From Chryseosolibacter sp. (GTDB lineage: Bacteria; Bacteroidota; Bacteroidia; Cytophagales; Cyclobacteriaceae): 64,000 nt of DNA. The notes beneath the pieces are model-generated. The model had not been told where the DNA came from and did no database searches. It worked only from the letters and a program-made list of their open reading frames with translations. The stretch is from NCBI GenBank assembly GCA_036402115.1, contig DASWTM010000051.1:184-64183 (forward strand), in the 5' to 3' direction. Below, one piece after another: positions 50,993 through 59,379 of this stretch; the stretch's first letter is position 1, and each line of letters starts with the position of its first letter. The position numbers and the translations under genes are program-made.

Positions 50993-51712
50993 TCAGAATT
51001 TCAATATCAAGAAAATTACTGCTGGCGAATTGAGCTGAAATCGCTTTGATTTTTGGCTTTCAGTTTCGTCCTGCGTTCTCCTTACCGTGCGCGGTTGACC
51101 GGTCACTGGATCAAACACTGTCTCAAAAAACACTTGTTTCTGAGTATTGTCGGTTTTTGTCCATTTGAAGTAAAAATTCGCCTCAGTACCAATCAGGATT
51201 TTTTCATGTAACTGATAGTTCAACGTAAAACGAGGCCCGAAGCCCCCGGATAACGTTGTGTTTGAAGTCTCTGAGACAAGATCTGACTGCGTTTTTTCTT
51301 CCGTTTTAGTTTCTGATCGCTGCCGATCGAATAACACGTCCGCTCCCAGACTGAATATTACTTTTGGAGCCAGCCGCGATTTTTTCTCGTAACCCATCCT
51401 GATGAAAACGTCATTCAGAGTGACCGTTCTATCTACAAACTGATCTCCATCATTCGACTGGTTGAAATTGTAGCCTAAGCCCATGGTGAAGCCCGCACCT
51501 GTCTGTAGTGAATTAACCGACCAGGTGAGCAAATACGGATTATTAAGGACCGAGTTGGTGTTACTGAAGTTAAAGACTTGTCGAATTAGCTGATTCGCTT
51601 GCAACCCGATGTAGTGCTCTGACTTCTTGGATGTAGAGGATTCCTCCTGGGCGTAGGTCTCGAAGGCCAAAAGCTGACTCATCAGGATGAGCCCAACAAT
51701 ATATTTGCGCAT
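50993..51712 (-). CDS. Hypothetical outer-membrane beta-barrel protein
   Basis: Signal peptide, alternating beta-strands, C-terminal Phe; abuts the di-heme gene with no gap. Confidence 0.7.
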   Translation of the reverse strand: MRKYIVGLILMSQLLAFETYAQEESSTSKKSEHYIGLQANQLIRQVFNFSNTNSVLNNPYLLTWSVNSLQTGAGFTMGLGYNFNQSNDGDQFVDRTVTLNDVFIRMGYEKKSRLAPKVIFSLGADVLFDRQRSETKTEEKTQSDLVSETSNTTLSGGFGPRFTLNYQLHEKILIGTEANFYFKWTKTDNTQKQVFFETVFDPVTGQPRTVRRTQDETESQKSKRFQLNSPAVIFLILKF

Positions 51713-52804
51713 TTATTGGATTTTAAAGGGATCAGAAAATTTGCGGTCAGTAATCATTTTATGATCCGTCAGCGTATGGAGGAATGCAATGATCGCAGCC
51801 CTGTCGCCATCGGGTATGTGCATCACTCGCGGAGATCCGTTGGGAGTTTTTAAACGTGGATCGAGGTTCGGATGGTCTTGAATTCCACTGCTGTAATGTT
51901 CCATCACCTCGTCAAGTGTTTTAAATCTGCCATCGTGCATGTAAGGTGCAGTGAGAACAACATTGCGCAATGAAGGAATTTTAAATCTTCCGTTGTCAAA
52001 GGATTGTTTCGTTACCTCACCGAGGCCATTGTCAAGATAGGTTTGCTCCAGGCCGATGTTGGCAAATGTTCCCGCCATGATGTATCCGTGCGGGCTCTCG
52101 ATTTGGTGGCAGCTATTGCAGTCGTACGTGGAAGTGAAAAGTTCGCGACCTTTCTGCTCAAGCGCTGCCAATGGAATATTCTGACGCTGCGCCACATCAA
52201 ACTTCGTTTCCTCTGAGGTTATGCTCCTGATAAAGGAACTAATGGCAAGCGCAATTCGCTCTTCAGTAACATTCTTATCGCCAAATGCCTTTTCAAAAAG
52301 CGTCTCATAGTAGGGTACGCGCGCCAGCTTTTCTTCAAGTTGAGTTAAGTCAGAGAAGCCCATTTCGACATGGTTAAGAATAGGTTTCATCACCATCGTC
52401 TGCAGGTCATGTTCACGTCCGTCCCAAAACAAATTCGTGGGGAAGAAACCCGGCATCGGGTCGATGACAATTGAATCCTTACCAAACCCAGCCACAATAT
52501 TTTGAATGGGCATTGAGTTGCGTGACGTCAGCTTTCGCTCGAAGCCTTCGCTGAACCGAACGTTGTCTGAGAATGCAAGATTTTGCTTGTGACAGCTCGC
52601 ACACGCGACAGAATTATTGAGTGAAAGTTTTCGATCGTAAAACAAAACTCGCCCAAGCGTAGGGATGTGCGTGCCGGTGCTGTACACGTCAGGCGTTTTT
52701 GGCAGATCTACAACAAGCGTCTGAAGGTGGGTTTCTTCGGAGGTGCAGGAAACTCCGGCAAGTGCAATTCCCGCGAATACTGAAAGGATGTAATTTGTCT
52801 TCAT
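51713..52804 (-). CDS. Di-heme cytochrome c peroxidase family lipoprotein (MauG/MbnH-like)
   Basis: Lipobox LAGVSC from ATG 52804; LGRVLFYD, CASCH, FWDGR, CNSCH, FKIPSLRNV, APYMHDGRF. Confidence 0.9.
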   Translation of the reverse strand: MKTNYILSVFAGIALAGVSCTSEETHLQTLVVDLPKTPDVYSTGTHIPTLGRVLFYDRKLSLNNSVACASCHKQNLAFSDNVRFSEGFERKLTSRNSMPIQNIVAGFGKDSIVIDPMPGFFPTNLFWDGREHDLQTMVMKPILNHVEMGFSDLTQLEEKLARVPYYETLFEKAFGDKNVTEERIALAISSFIRSITSEETKFDVAQRQNIPLAALEQKGRELFTSTYDCNSCHQIESPHGYIMAGTFANIGLEQTYLDNGLGEVTKQSFDNGRFKIPSLRNVVLTAPYMHDGRFKTLDEVMEHYSSGIQDHPNLDPRLKTPNGSPRVMHIPDGDRAAIIAFLHTLTDHKMITDRKFSDPFKIQ

Positions 52805-52905
52805 GGGTCTTTGGTCGGTTGCTTTTATTTTGACACGAGCTAGTTCAAAAACGTTGCAAGCGGGCGGATATTTCGAATGTACAAAAAAGTCTGGTGCGAG
52901 AAAAT

Positions 52906-52946
52906 CTGTCATCCTGTCACTTGGGGTAGTATGGAATAGTATTTGA
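52906..52946 (+). promoter_or_regulatory. Possible htpG promoter region: CTGTCA direct repeat plus a sigma54-like element
   Basis: ctgtca-tc-ctgtca (52906-52919); TGGAATAGTATTTGA (52932-52946) has GG-N10-GA spacing. Confidence 0.4.
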
Positions 52947-52988
52947 AACACCGGTCGCACACAATCCAACGACTAAAATTTTCAAGAT

Positions 52989-54890
52989 ATGGCAGAAACA
53001 CTCGAAAAAGGCACGATTTCCATTCACACCGAGAACATATTCCCAATCATCAAAAAATTTCTCTACTCGGACCATGAAATCTTCCTGCGTGAACTCGTCT
53101 CGAACGCTGTGGACGCTACTCAAAAATTAAAGAAGCTTGCCGGAATGGGCGAGTTCAATGGCGAGCTTGGAGATCTGAGGATTGAGGTTTCGTTCGATAA
53201 GGATAAAAAGACAATCACCGTAAGCGATAAAGGTATCGGCATGACGGGTGAGGAAATTAAGAAATACATCAACCAGATTGCGTTCTCAGGGGCAACTGAG
53301 TTTGTTGAAAAATTCAAAGACAAAGCTGATGGTAAGGATATCATTGGAAAGTTCGGACTCGGATTCTACTCATCATTCATGGTGGCCGACACGGTAGAGA
53401 TTGTTTCGCGCTCGTATAAAGTGTCCGAGAATGAGGCCGCGCGCTGGGAATGTGATGGATCGACAGAGTTTGAGCTTTCACCGGCAACCAAAGCAACCCG
53501 AGGCACCGATATTATTCTTCACATCAATAAAGACTCAGAAGAATTTTTAGACGAGTGGAGACTGAAAGGAATTCTCGAGAAGTACTGTAAATTCCTTCCC
53601 GTTGAAATTAAGTTCGGAACGAAAGAAGAAAGCGTTGAAGACGGAGTTGACGCAGACGGCAAACCAAAATTCAAAACCGTCACAAAAGACAGGATCATTA
53701 ACAATCCTTCCCCTCTTTGGACAAAATCACCGAGCGATCTGAAGGATGAAGATTATCTGAAGTTCTATAAAGAACTGTATCCGTTCGCGGAAGATCCGCT
53801 GTTCTGGATTCACCTCAATGTTGACTATCCATTCAACCTTACGGGAATTCTGTACTTCCCTAAAGTGAAGAACGATTTCGAGGTAAATAAGAATAAAATT
53901 CAGCTCTATTCGCGTCAGGTGTTTATCACCGATGAAGTCAAAGACGTTGTTCCTGACTTTCTGATGCTCCTTCACGGTGTAATCGATTCTCCGGATATTC
54001 CGCTGAACGTGTCCAGAAGTTATCTGCAATCCGATTCCAGCGTGAAGAAGATCAGCCAGCACATCACGAAGAAAGTGGGCGACAAGCTTCAGGACCTTTT
54101 CAAGAAAGATCGCGCTGACTTCGAGAAGAAATGGGACGACATCAGCATTTTCGTGAAGTATGGAATGATCAGCGATGAGAAATTCTACGATCGCGCAAAA
54201 GATTTCGCTTTGCTGAAAAATACGGACGACAAGTATTTCACCTTCACTGAATATAAGGACAAGGTGAAACCAAATCAGACCGATAAGGATAGCAACACGG
54301 TGTTCCTATACGCAACTGACAAAGGAAAGCAACACGGATTCATCGAAGCTGCGAAGAACAAAGCCTACGATGTGATTATACTTGACGGAATCCTCGACAG
54401 CCATTTCGTTAACACATTGGAGCAGAAGCTCGAAAAAACTCAACTCAAGCGTGTTGACAGCGATACGCCTGAAAAACTCATCGACAAAGATGAAAAAATT
54501 GAGAGCGTGTTGAGCGATGACGAAAAGCAGAAGGTCAAAACGGTCTTCGAAACGGCCATCAATAATAAGAGCATGATGGTTGGTGTCGAATCGATGTCTC
54601 CAGATGATCTTCCGGTTGTTATCACCATGAGCGAATTCATGCGTAGAATGAAAGACATGGCCAAAATGGGTGGCGGCCAGTTTGGATTCATGGGAGCCAT
54701 GCCGGATCAATACAACGTATCGGTGAACGCGAACCATGCCCTCGTTCAGAAAATTCTAACAGCAGATTCAGAGGAGCGCAAGACAACCCTCGCAAAACAG
54801 GCTTATGACCTGGCATTGCTTTCGCAGAACATGCTGACCGGAGCAGACCTCACTAATTTTATTAAGCGGAGTGTCTCGTTGGTATCATAG
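52989..54890 (+). CDS. htpG: Molecular chaperone HtpG (Hsp90)
   Basis: LYSDHEIFLRELVSNAVDA, DKGIGM, IGKFGLGFYS, DSPDIPLNVSR. Confidence 0.97.
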   Translation: MAETLEKGTISIHTENIFPIIKKFLYSDHEIFLRELVSNAVDATQKLKKLAGMGEFNGELGDLRIEVSFDKDKKTITVSDKGIGMTGEEIKKYINQIAFSGATEFVEKFKDKADGKDIIGKFGLGFYSSFMVADTVEIVSRSYKVSENEAARWECDGSTEFELSPATKATRGTDIILHINKDSEEFLDEWRLKGILEKYCKFLPVEIKFGTKEESVEDGVDADGKPKFKTVTKDRIINNPSPLWTKSPSDLKDEDYLKFYKELYPFAEDPLFWIHLNVDYPFNLTGILYFPKVKNDFEVNKNKIQLYSRQVFITDEVKDVVPDFLMLLHGVIDSPDIPLNVSRSYLQSDSSVKKISQHITKKVGDKLQDLFKKDRADFEKKWDDISIFVKYGMISDEKFYDRAKDFALLKNTDDKYFTFTEYKDKVKPNQTDKDSNTVFLYATDKGKQHGFIEAAKNKAYDVIILDGILDSHFVNTLEQKLEKTQLKRVDSDTPEKLIDKDEKIESVLSDDEKQKVKTVFETAINNKSMMVGVESMSPDDLPVVITMSEFMRRMKDMAKMGGGQFGFMGAMPDQYNVSVNANHALVQKILTADSEERKTTLAKQAYDLALLSQNMLTGADLTNFIKRSVSLVS

Positions 54891-54908
54891 TGATATAGAG
54901 TGGAGATG

Positions 54909-54994
54909 AGTAGGCAGTAGGCAACATGCAGTAGGCAACATCAAAGCGACAAGTTTTCCTCGCCATGCCTACTGCCAATTGCCCAATGCCTACT
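54909..54994. repeat. AGTAGGC heptamer inverted cassette
   Basis: agtaggcagtaggcaacatgcagtaggca (54909-54937) vs tgcctactgccaattgcccaatgcctact (54966-54994). Confidence 0.85.
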
Positions 54995-55047
54995 TTTCAA
55001 ACAGGGCTTCATAATTTTTTTTAGTAATTTTCGTTTTTGCCTGTATC

Positions 55048-55884
55048 ATGTTTATGAAGTTCCGGTTTTTTCTAGCGGTCATGATTTCATCCTGTACACT
55101 TGCCGTTGCGCAGGAACAGGAGCAGGAGGAGCAGCAGCCGGACGAGCGCTTCACCATCGATACTCCGGTAAGCCTCAACTTCGAGGAAGAGGAAGAAGTC
55201 GTAGAAAAGAAGAAAAAAAAGGTCAAGAAGAAGGTATTCTACGGCATCAAAACAAAGAAAGGCTTTACCCGCAAAGGATACGGTGATCGCGTGACGTATG
55301 AACTCTTTTACTTCCTGAAGAAAGGAGAAACTCCTAAGACCTTCGTTCGCGATGTATATTGGTTCGATTACACCAGAAAAGAAATACGGAGAACCAGTCC
55401 GGCAGGGTTCGATCCGAAAAAAGGCGTTTTGCTCCACGGGCCATATAAGCAGATCCAAAACAATGTTGTCCTGACGGAGGGTATTTACTACAAAGGAACA
55501 CGGCATGGCCGCTGGCTCCATTACAATCGCGATAGCGTTCTGACGGACAAGGTCAAATATTTTCGCGGCTGGCCGAAAGAATCGGTCGTGAGTTATTACG
55601 ATCCTGGCGAACGTAAAAAGATGAAAGAGATCACCCCCATCGAATATGGCGAGAAGGACGGTTTCTACTATCGCTTTTACGAAAATGGTCAGATGGCCGT
55701 GTCAGGCGAATACCGCTGGGATCAAAAAGTTGGCGACTGGACCGAATACTACCCCGGCAACAAACGAAAAAAAATAATCGCCTACCCAAAAGAACCCTTC
55801 GACAAGGAAAACAAGCCTTACGTGAAGGTGGAGTGGAATGATAAAGGGAAAGAAGTATATAGGAATAATAAGGTCAGTAGATAA
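55048..55884 (+). CDS. Secreted MORN-variant repeat (YwqK-like) protein
   Basis: Signal peptide; LHGPY, RHGRW, KDGFY..FYENGQ, KVGDWTEYY repeats. Confidence 0.75.
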   Translation: MFMKFRFFLAVMISSCTLAVAQEQEQEEQQPDERFTIDTPVSLNFEEEEEVVEKKKKKVKKKVFYGIKTKKGFTRKGYGDRVTYELFYFLKKGETPKTFVRDVYWFDYTRKEIRRTSPAGFDPKKGVLLHGPYKQIQNNVVLTEGIYYKGTRHGRWLHYNRDSVLTDKVKYFRGWPKESVVSYYDPGERKKMKEITPIEYGEKDGFYYRFYENGQMAVSGEYRWDQKVGDWTEYYPGNKRKKIIAYPKEPFDKENKPYVKVEWNDKGKEVYRNNKVSR

Positions 55885-56019
55885 TTAGCCAATGTGCCAA
55901 TTAGCTAATATGCCAATGGAGAGAGTTTGCTAATGAGAAAATGCACATCTTCGACCAAAGGGAGAGACCTTTATCCAAAGCACTATAATTGGCTAATTGG
56001 CATATTTGCATATTAATTA
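55882..56019. repeat. Octamer inverted cassette (GCCAATTA-like)
   Basis: taattagccaatgtgccaattagctaatatgccaat vs taattggctaattggcatatttgcatattaatta. Confidence 0.75.
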
Positions 56020-56363
56020 ATCGCGTCCTCGAAATGCTCGATCACCGGCTCCTTCCCGAGTTTGACGGTGACGACATCAAACCGCACATTGCCTTGCCAG
56101 TCGATGGCGAAAATGTAATTCTCTGCAGCGTTGAAAATCCGGTTGACCTGGAACTCCATCAGGAAATCTTCAGGCTGTCCATATTCTACCGAGGTTCGCG
56201 TTTTCACTTCAATGAACAGAAGCCAGTTGTCTCGCTTAACGATGAGGTCAATTTCTGCATGACCAAAGCGATAATTTCGGGCAGCAATTTCGTATCCCTG
56301 CTTCACTAAAAACTCTGCAGCAAGATTCTCACCCCTACGCCCTATTTCTGTTTTATCGGTCAT
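56013..56363 (-). CDS. yraN: YraN-family endonuclease-like protein (UPF0102)
   Basis: GRRGENLAAEFL, RNYR...EIDLI, FIEVKTR, RFDVV. Confidence 0.92.
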   Translation of the reverse strand: MTDKTEIGRRGENLAAEFLVKQGYEIAARNYRFGHAEIDLIVKRDNWLLFIEVKTRTSVEYGQPEDFLMEFQVNRIFNAAENYIFAIDWQGNVRFDVVTVKLGKEPVIEHFEDAIN

Positions 56364-56400
56364 TCAAAAAATGATACCTTTGAGATGGAATTTACAACTT

Positions 56401-57408
56401 ATGTCAGCGACTAAAAAATATATTGAAGGATTCACCCGCCAGCTTCGTGACGCCTTGAGGATCGGGCAATCACTCGACCTGGTTCGGCCAGGAAGTGACA
56501 TCCGCAATGTGGTGATCACGGGGATGGGAGGTTCAGGGATCGGTGCCAACCTCGTGGAGTCGTTGACATTCGGAAGAATCCCAATTCCAATCACAGTCTG
56601 CAAAACGTACAACATACCGCAGTTCGTGAGTCCGCATACGTTGTTTATTGCCAGTTCGTACTCAGGAAATACGGAAGAAACGATTGCTGCCCTTAATAAA
56701 GCCTTGCTGAAGAGAGCGCAGTGCATTGTGATCGCTTCTGGCGGAAAAATTTTGGACATCGCACGCGAGTACAACCTCTTCTATATTCAGCTTCCAACCG
56801 GATCAGATAGCCCACGCGCAATGTTGGGTTACAATATGATTGCATTCATGTCACTGCTGTATCATACGAACCTGATTGGTGCGGCTTTTATCAAGGAGAC
56901 TGAAAATGCGATCGAATACCTTGATCGTGGCGAAAAGGGGATTCAGTCGGAAGCAGAACTCATCGCTAAGAAACTGAAGGGCAAACTTCCGATCATTTAT
57001 TGTGATAACCGTCTGTTTGCGATGGCATTACGCTTCCAGCAGCAGCTGAATGAGAATGCAAAGCAACTGGCTCACGTCAACACGTTCCCGGAGATGAACC
57101 ACAACGAACTCGTTGGCTGGCGCTTCCCGGAGAACTTAATGCCGATGCTTCAGGTTTTATACCTGTATTCAGATCACGATCACGAACGCGTTGAGAAGCG
57201 TATGGAGATCTGCCGCGACATTTTTGAAAAGAAATCCAATCCCATCATTGATGTTGTGGGCGAAGGCGCATCGCTTCTCGAGCAGTATTATTACCTGATT
57301 CACCTGACGGACTGGATCTCGTACTACCTCGCTAAGGAAAATGGCGTTGAACCGGATCCGATTGAATCGATTGTGTACCTGAAAAGCGAACTTGATAAAC
57401 TAAGATAG
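56401..57408 (+). CDS. Bifunctional phosphoglucose/phosphomannose isomerase (SIS)
   Basis: GMGGSGIG, SSYSGNTEET, ASGG, QLNENAK, PEMNHNEL; -7 element TACCTTTG at 56374-56381 favours ATG 56401. Confidence 0.9.
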   Translation: MSATKKYIEGFTRQLRDALRIGQSLDLVRPGSDIRNVVITGMGGSGIGANLVESLTFGRIPIPITVCKTYNIPQFVSPHTLFIASSYSGNTEETIAALNKALLKRAQCIVIASGGKILDIAREYNLFYIQLPTGSDSPRAMLGYNMIAFMSLLYHTNLIGAAFIKETENAIEYLDRGEKGIQSEAELIAKKLKGKLPIIYCDNRLFAMALRFQQQLNENAKQLAHVNTFPEMNHNELVGWRFPENLMPMLQVLYLYSDHDHERVEKRMEICRDIFEKKSNPIIDVVGEGASLLEQYYYLIHLTDWISYYLAKENGVEPDPIESIVYLKSELDKLR

Positions 57409-57437
57409 ATCGTTTCGACCTTTCGAAAGGTTAACGA

Positions 57438-58154
57438 ATGAACGTAAAACTCAACACCAAGACAGAATTTATTGATCTCAATCTCATCGACTATAAAGCA
57501 GCCTGGGATTACCAGCTTCAACTTTTCGATAAGATTCTAAAAATAAAAGCTCAGAACCGTGAGCTTCCGGCTGACGATCAGCTCATCACCAACAATTACC
57601 TGATTTTTTGTGAGCATCCCCATGTTTTCACGTTAGGGAAAAGTGGCGATGAGAATAATCTGCTTGTTAAGAAAGATCAACTTCATTCCATATCCGCAAC
57701 GTATCATCAAACGAACCGTGGTGGTGATATCACCTATCATGGTCCCGGACAGATCGTAGGCTACCCTGTGATCGATATGGAAAACTTCTTCACGGACATC
57801 CATAAGTACATGCGATTCCTTGAAGAAGCTGTGATCCAGACGTTGAAAGAATACGGTGTCGAATCCGGAAGAATTCCCGGCCTCACCGGAGTGTGGATCG
57901 ACATTGACGATGAAAAGAAAGCGCGGAAAATTTGTGCACTGGGCGTGAAGACTAGCCGATGGGTTACGATGCACGGCTTTGCCTTCAACGTAAACCCTGA
58001 TCTGAAATACTTTGATTACATCGTTCCGTGCGGGATCGATGACAAAGCAGTCACCTCACTTGAAAGAGAACTGGGAAGAAACGTTGACATTCGCGAAGTC
58101 GAGGGGATTCTACGAGAAAAAATTGTTGAACAATTTGGGATGGAACTGGTATGA
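57438..58154 (+). CDS. lipB: Lipoyl(octanoyl) transferase
   Basis: CEHPHVFTLG, NRGGDITYHGPGQ, KICALG, HGFAFN, IVPCG. Confidence 0.96.
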   Translation: MNVKLNTKTEFIDLNLIDYKAAWDYQLQLFDKILKIKAQNRELPADDQLITNNYLIFCEHPHVFTLGKSGDENNLLVKKDQLHSISATYHQTNRGGDITYHGPGQIVGYPVIDMENFFTDIHKYMRFLEEAVIQTLKEYGVESGRIPGLTGVWIDIDDEKKARKICALGVKTSRWVTMHGFAFNVNPDLKYFDYIVPCGIDDKAVTSLERELGRNVDIREVEGILREKIVEQFGMELV

Positions 58155-58555
58155 AAAAAGACATTGAAATTCCTGAAGTAAAAAATGTTACACTGGCCGT
58201 TGCGCGGAAGAAGAACCTCATTGACAAAGATGAATGGAAGGTGTACATCATAAACAATAACGATCACCCGATTGAAAATACACTGGTGGCAAGCAAAGGC
58301 TACGGTGAAAAGGATGGTGAGCAACAGAAGACTTCCACGTTGCGTCATTTCCTGGAAACGGTTCCCGCTAAGTCAACCATGTTGATCGAACCGATCGATC
58401 CCGCAGTGTTTCATCTTAACAATGAGTACTGGGTGAGCTATTATGTCGGGAACAAGATTCACGACAAGCGGTTTGTTTTTGTACCGGATACAATCTGTGA
58501 GGAGAACATCACCTTCATAAAGGAACTGGAAATGGAAGGGGTACTTCATTCGTGA
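58151..58555 (+). CDS. Conserved hypothetical protein
   Basis: 134-aa ORF coupled to lipB (ATGA overlap); SKGYG, TSTLRH, NEYWVSY. Confidence 0.75.
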   Translation: MKKDIEIPEVKNVTLAVARKKNLIDKDEWKVYIINNNDHPIENTLVASKGYGEKDGEQQKTSTLRHFLETVPAKSTMLIEPIDPAVFHLNNEYWVSYYVGNKIHDKRFVFVPDTICEENITFIKELEMEGVLHS

Positions 58556-58646
58556 CACGTCTTGTCAAAACAATTTCTGAATTTGATTGTCTTGAGAAGA
58601 CAAGTCCCTCAACAAATCCGTACTTTAAACACAAATTTTCTTCGGA

Positions 58647-59363
58647 ATGATACCTGAGCTCCGCGATATACTTTTCGTAGACATCGAAACAGTAGCCAGC
58701 ACTGATGATTACAACAGCATCGATGAACGTTTAAAAGCTCAGTGGGCGCGGAAGGCTGCGTTCTTCAAACGTCATCCTGAGCAAACGGATGAATCACTCT
58801 TTCACGACAGAGCTGGCATCTATGCCGAGTTCGGAAAAATTGTGTGCATTTCCGTTGGAAAGTTTTTTGATCACGAGTCGGGTGAACTTGGATTGAAGAC
58901 AAAAGTGTACGCAGGTCATGATGAAAAAGTGTTGCTGAATGAATTCAAAACGTTGTTGGAGAAAATGGATTCATCGACTCTTCGGTTTTGCGCGCATAAC
59001 GGAAAAGAGTTCGACTATCCATACTTATGCAGACGCATGCTGATTCAAGGTATACCGCTGCCACCCGCGCTAAACCTGAGCGGGAAGAAACCGTGGGACG
59101 TTCAGCACCTCGACACGCTTGAGCTCTGGAAGTTCGGAGATGTGAAACATTATACTTCACTTGATTTACTGGCAACAATTTTCAATATTCCATCCAGTAA
59201 GAACAACATTGACGGAAGCCAGGTCAATTTTGTTTATCACAAAGAAAATGGCCTTGACCGCATCAGCGAATACTGCAGAGGTGATGTGGTCGTTCTGGCA
59301 CAGTTATTTTTAAGATTAAAAGGCTATCCCCTCATCGCAGACGCGAATATCATAATCGCATAA
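58647..59363 (+). CDS. 3'-5' exonuclease related to the PolB exonuclease domain
   Basis: ExoI FVDIET, ExoII AHNGKEFD, ExoIII YCRGDV. Confidence 0.88.
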   Translation: MIPELRDILFVDIETVASTDDYNSIDERLKAQWARKAAFFKRHPEQTDESLFHDRAGIYAEFGKIVCISVGKFFDHESGELGLKTKVYAGHDEKVLLNEFKTLLEKMDSSTLRFCAHNGKEFDYPYLCRRMLIQGIPLPPALNLSGKKPWDVQHLDTLELWKFGDVKHYTSLDLLATIFNIPSSKNNIDGSQVNFVYHKENGLDRISEYCRGDVVVLAQLFLRLKGYPLIADANIIIA

Positions 59364-59379
59364 AATTAAATCCCCTTCT

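Noticed and set aside
55048-55884. YwqK-like protein as a toxin-antitoxin component with the neighbouring YraN nuclease
   Set aside because: It has a signal peptide, the genes are convergent, and YraN is a widespread housekeeping family.
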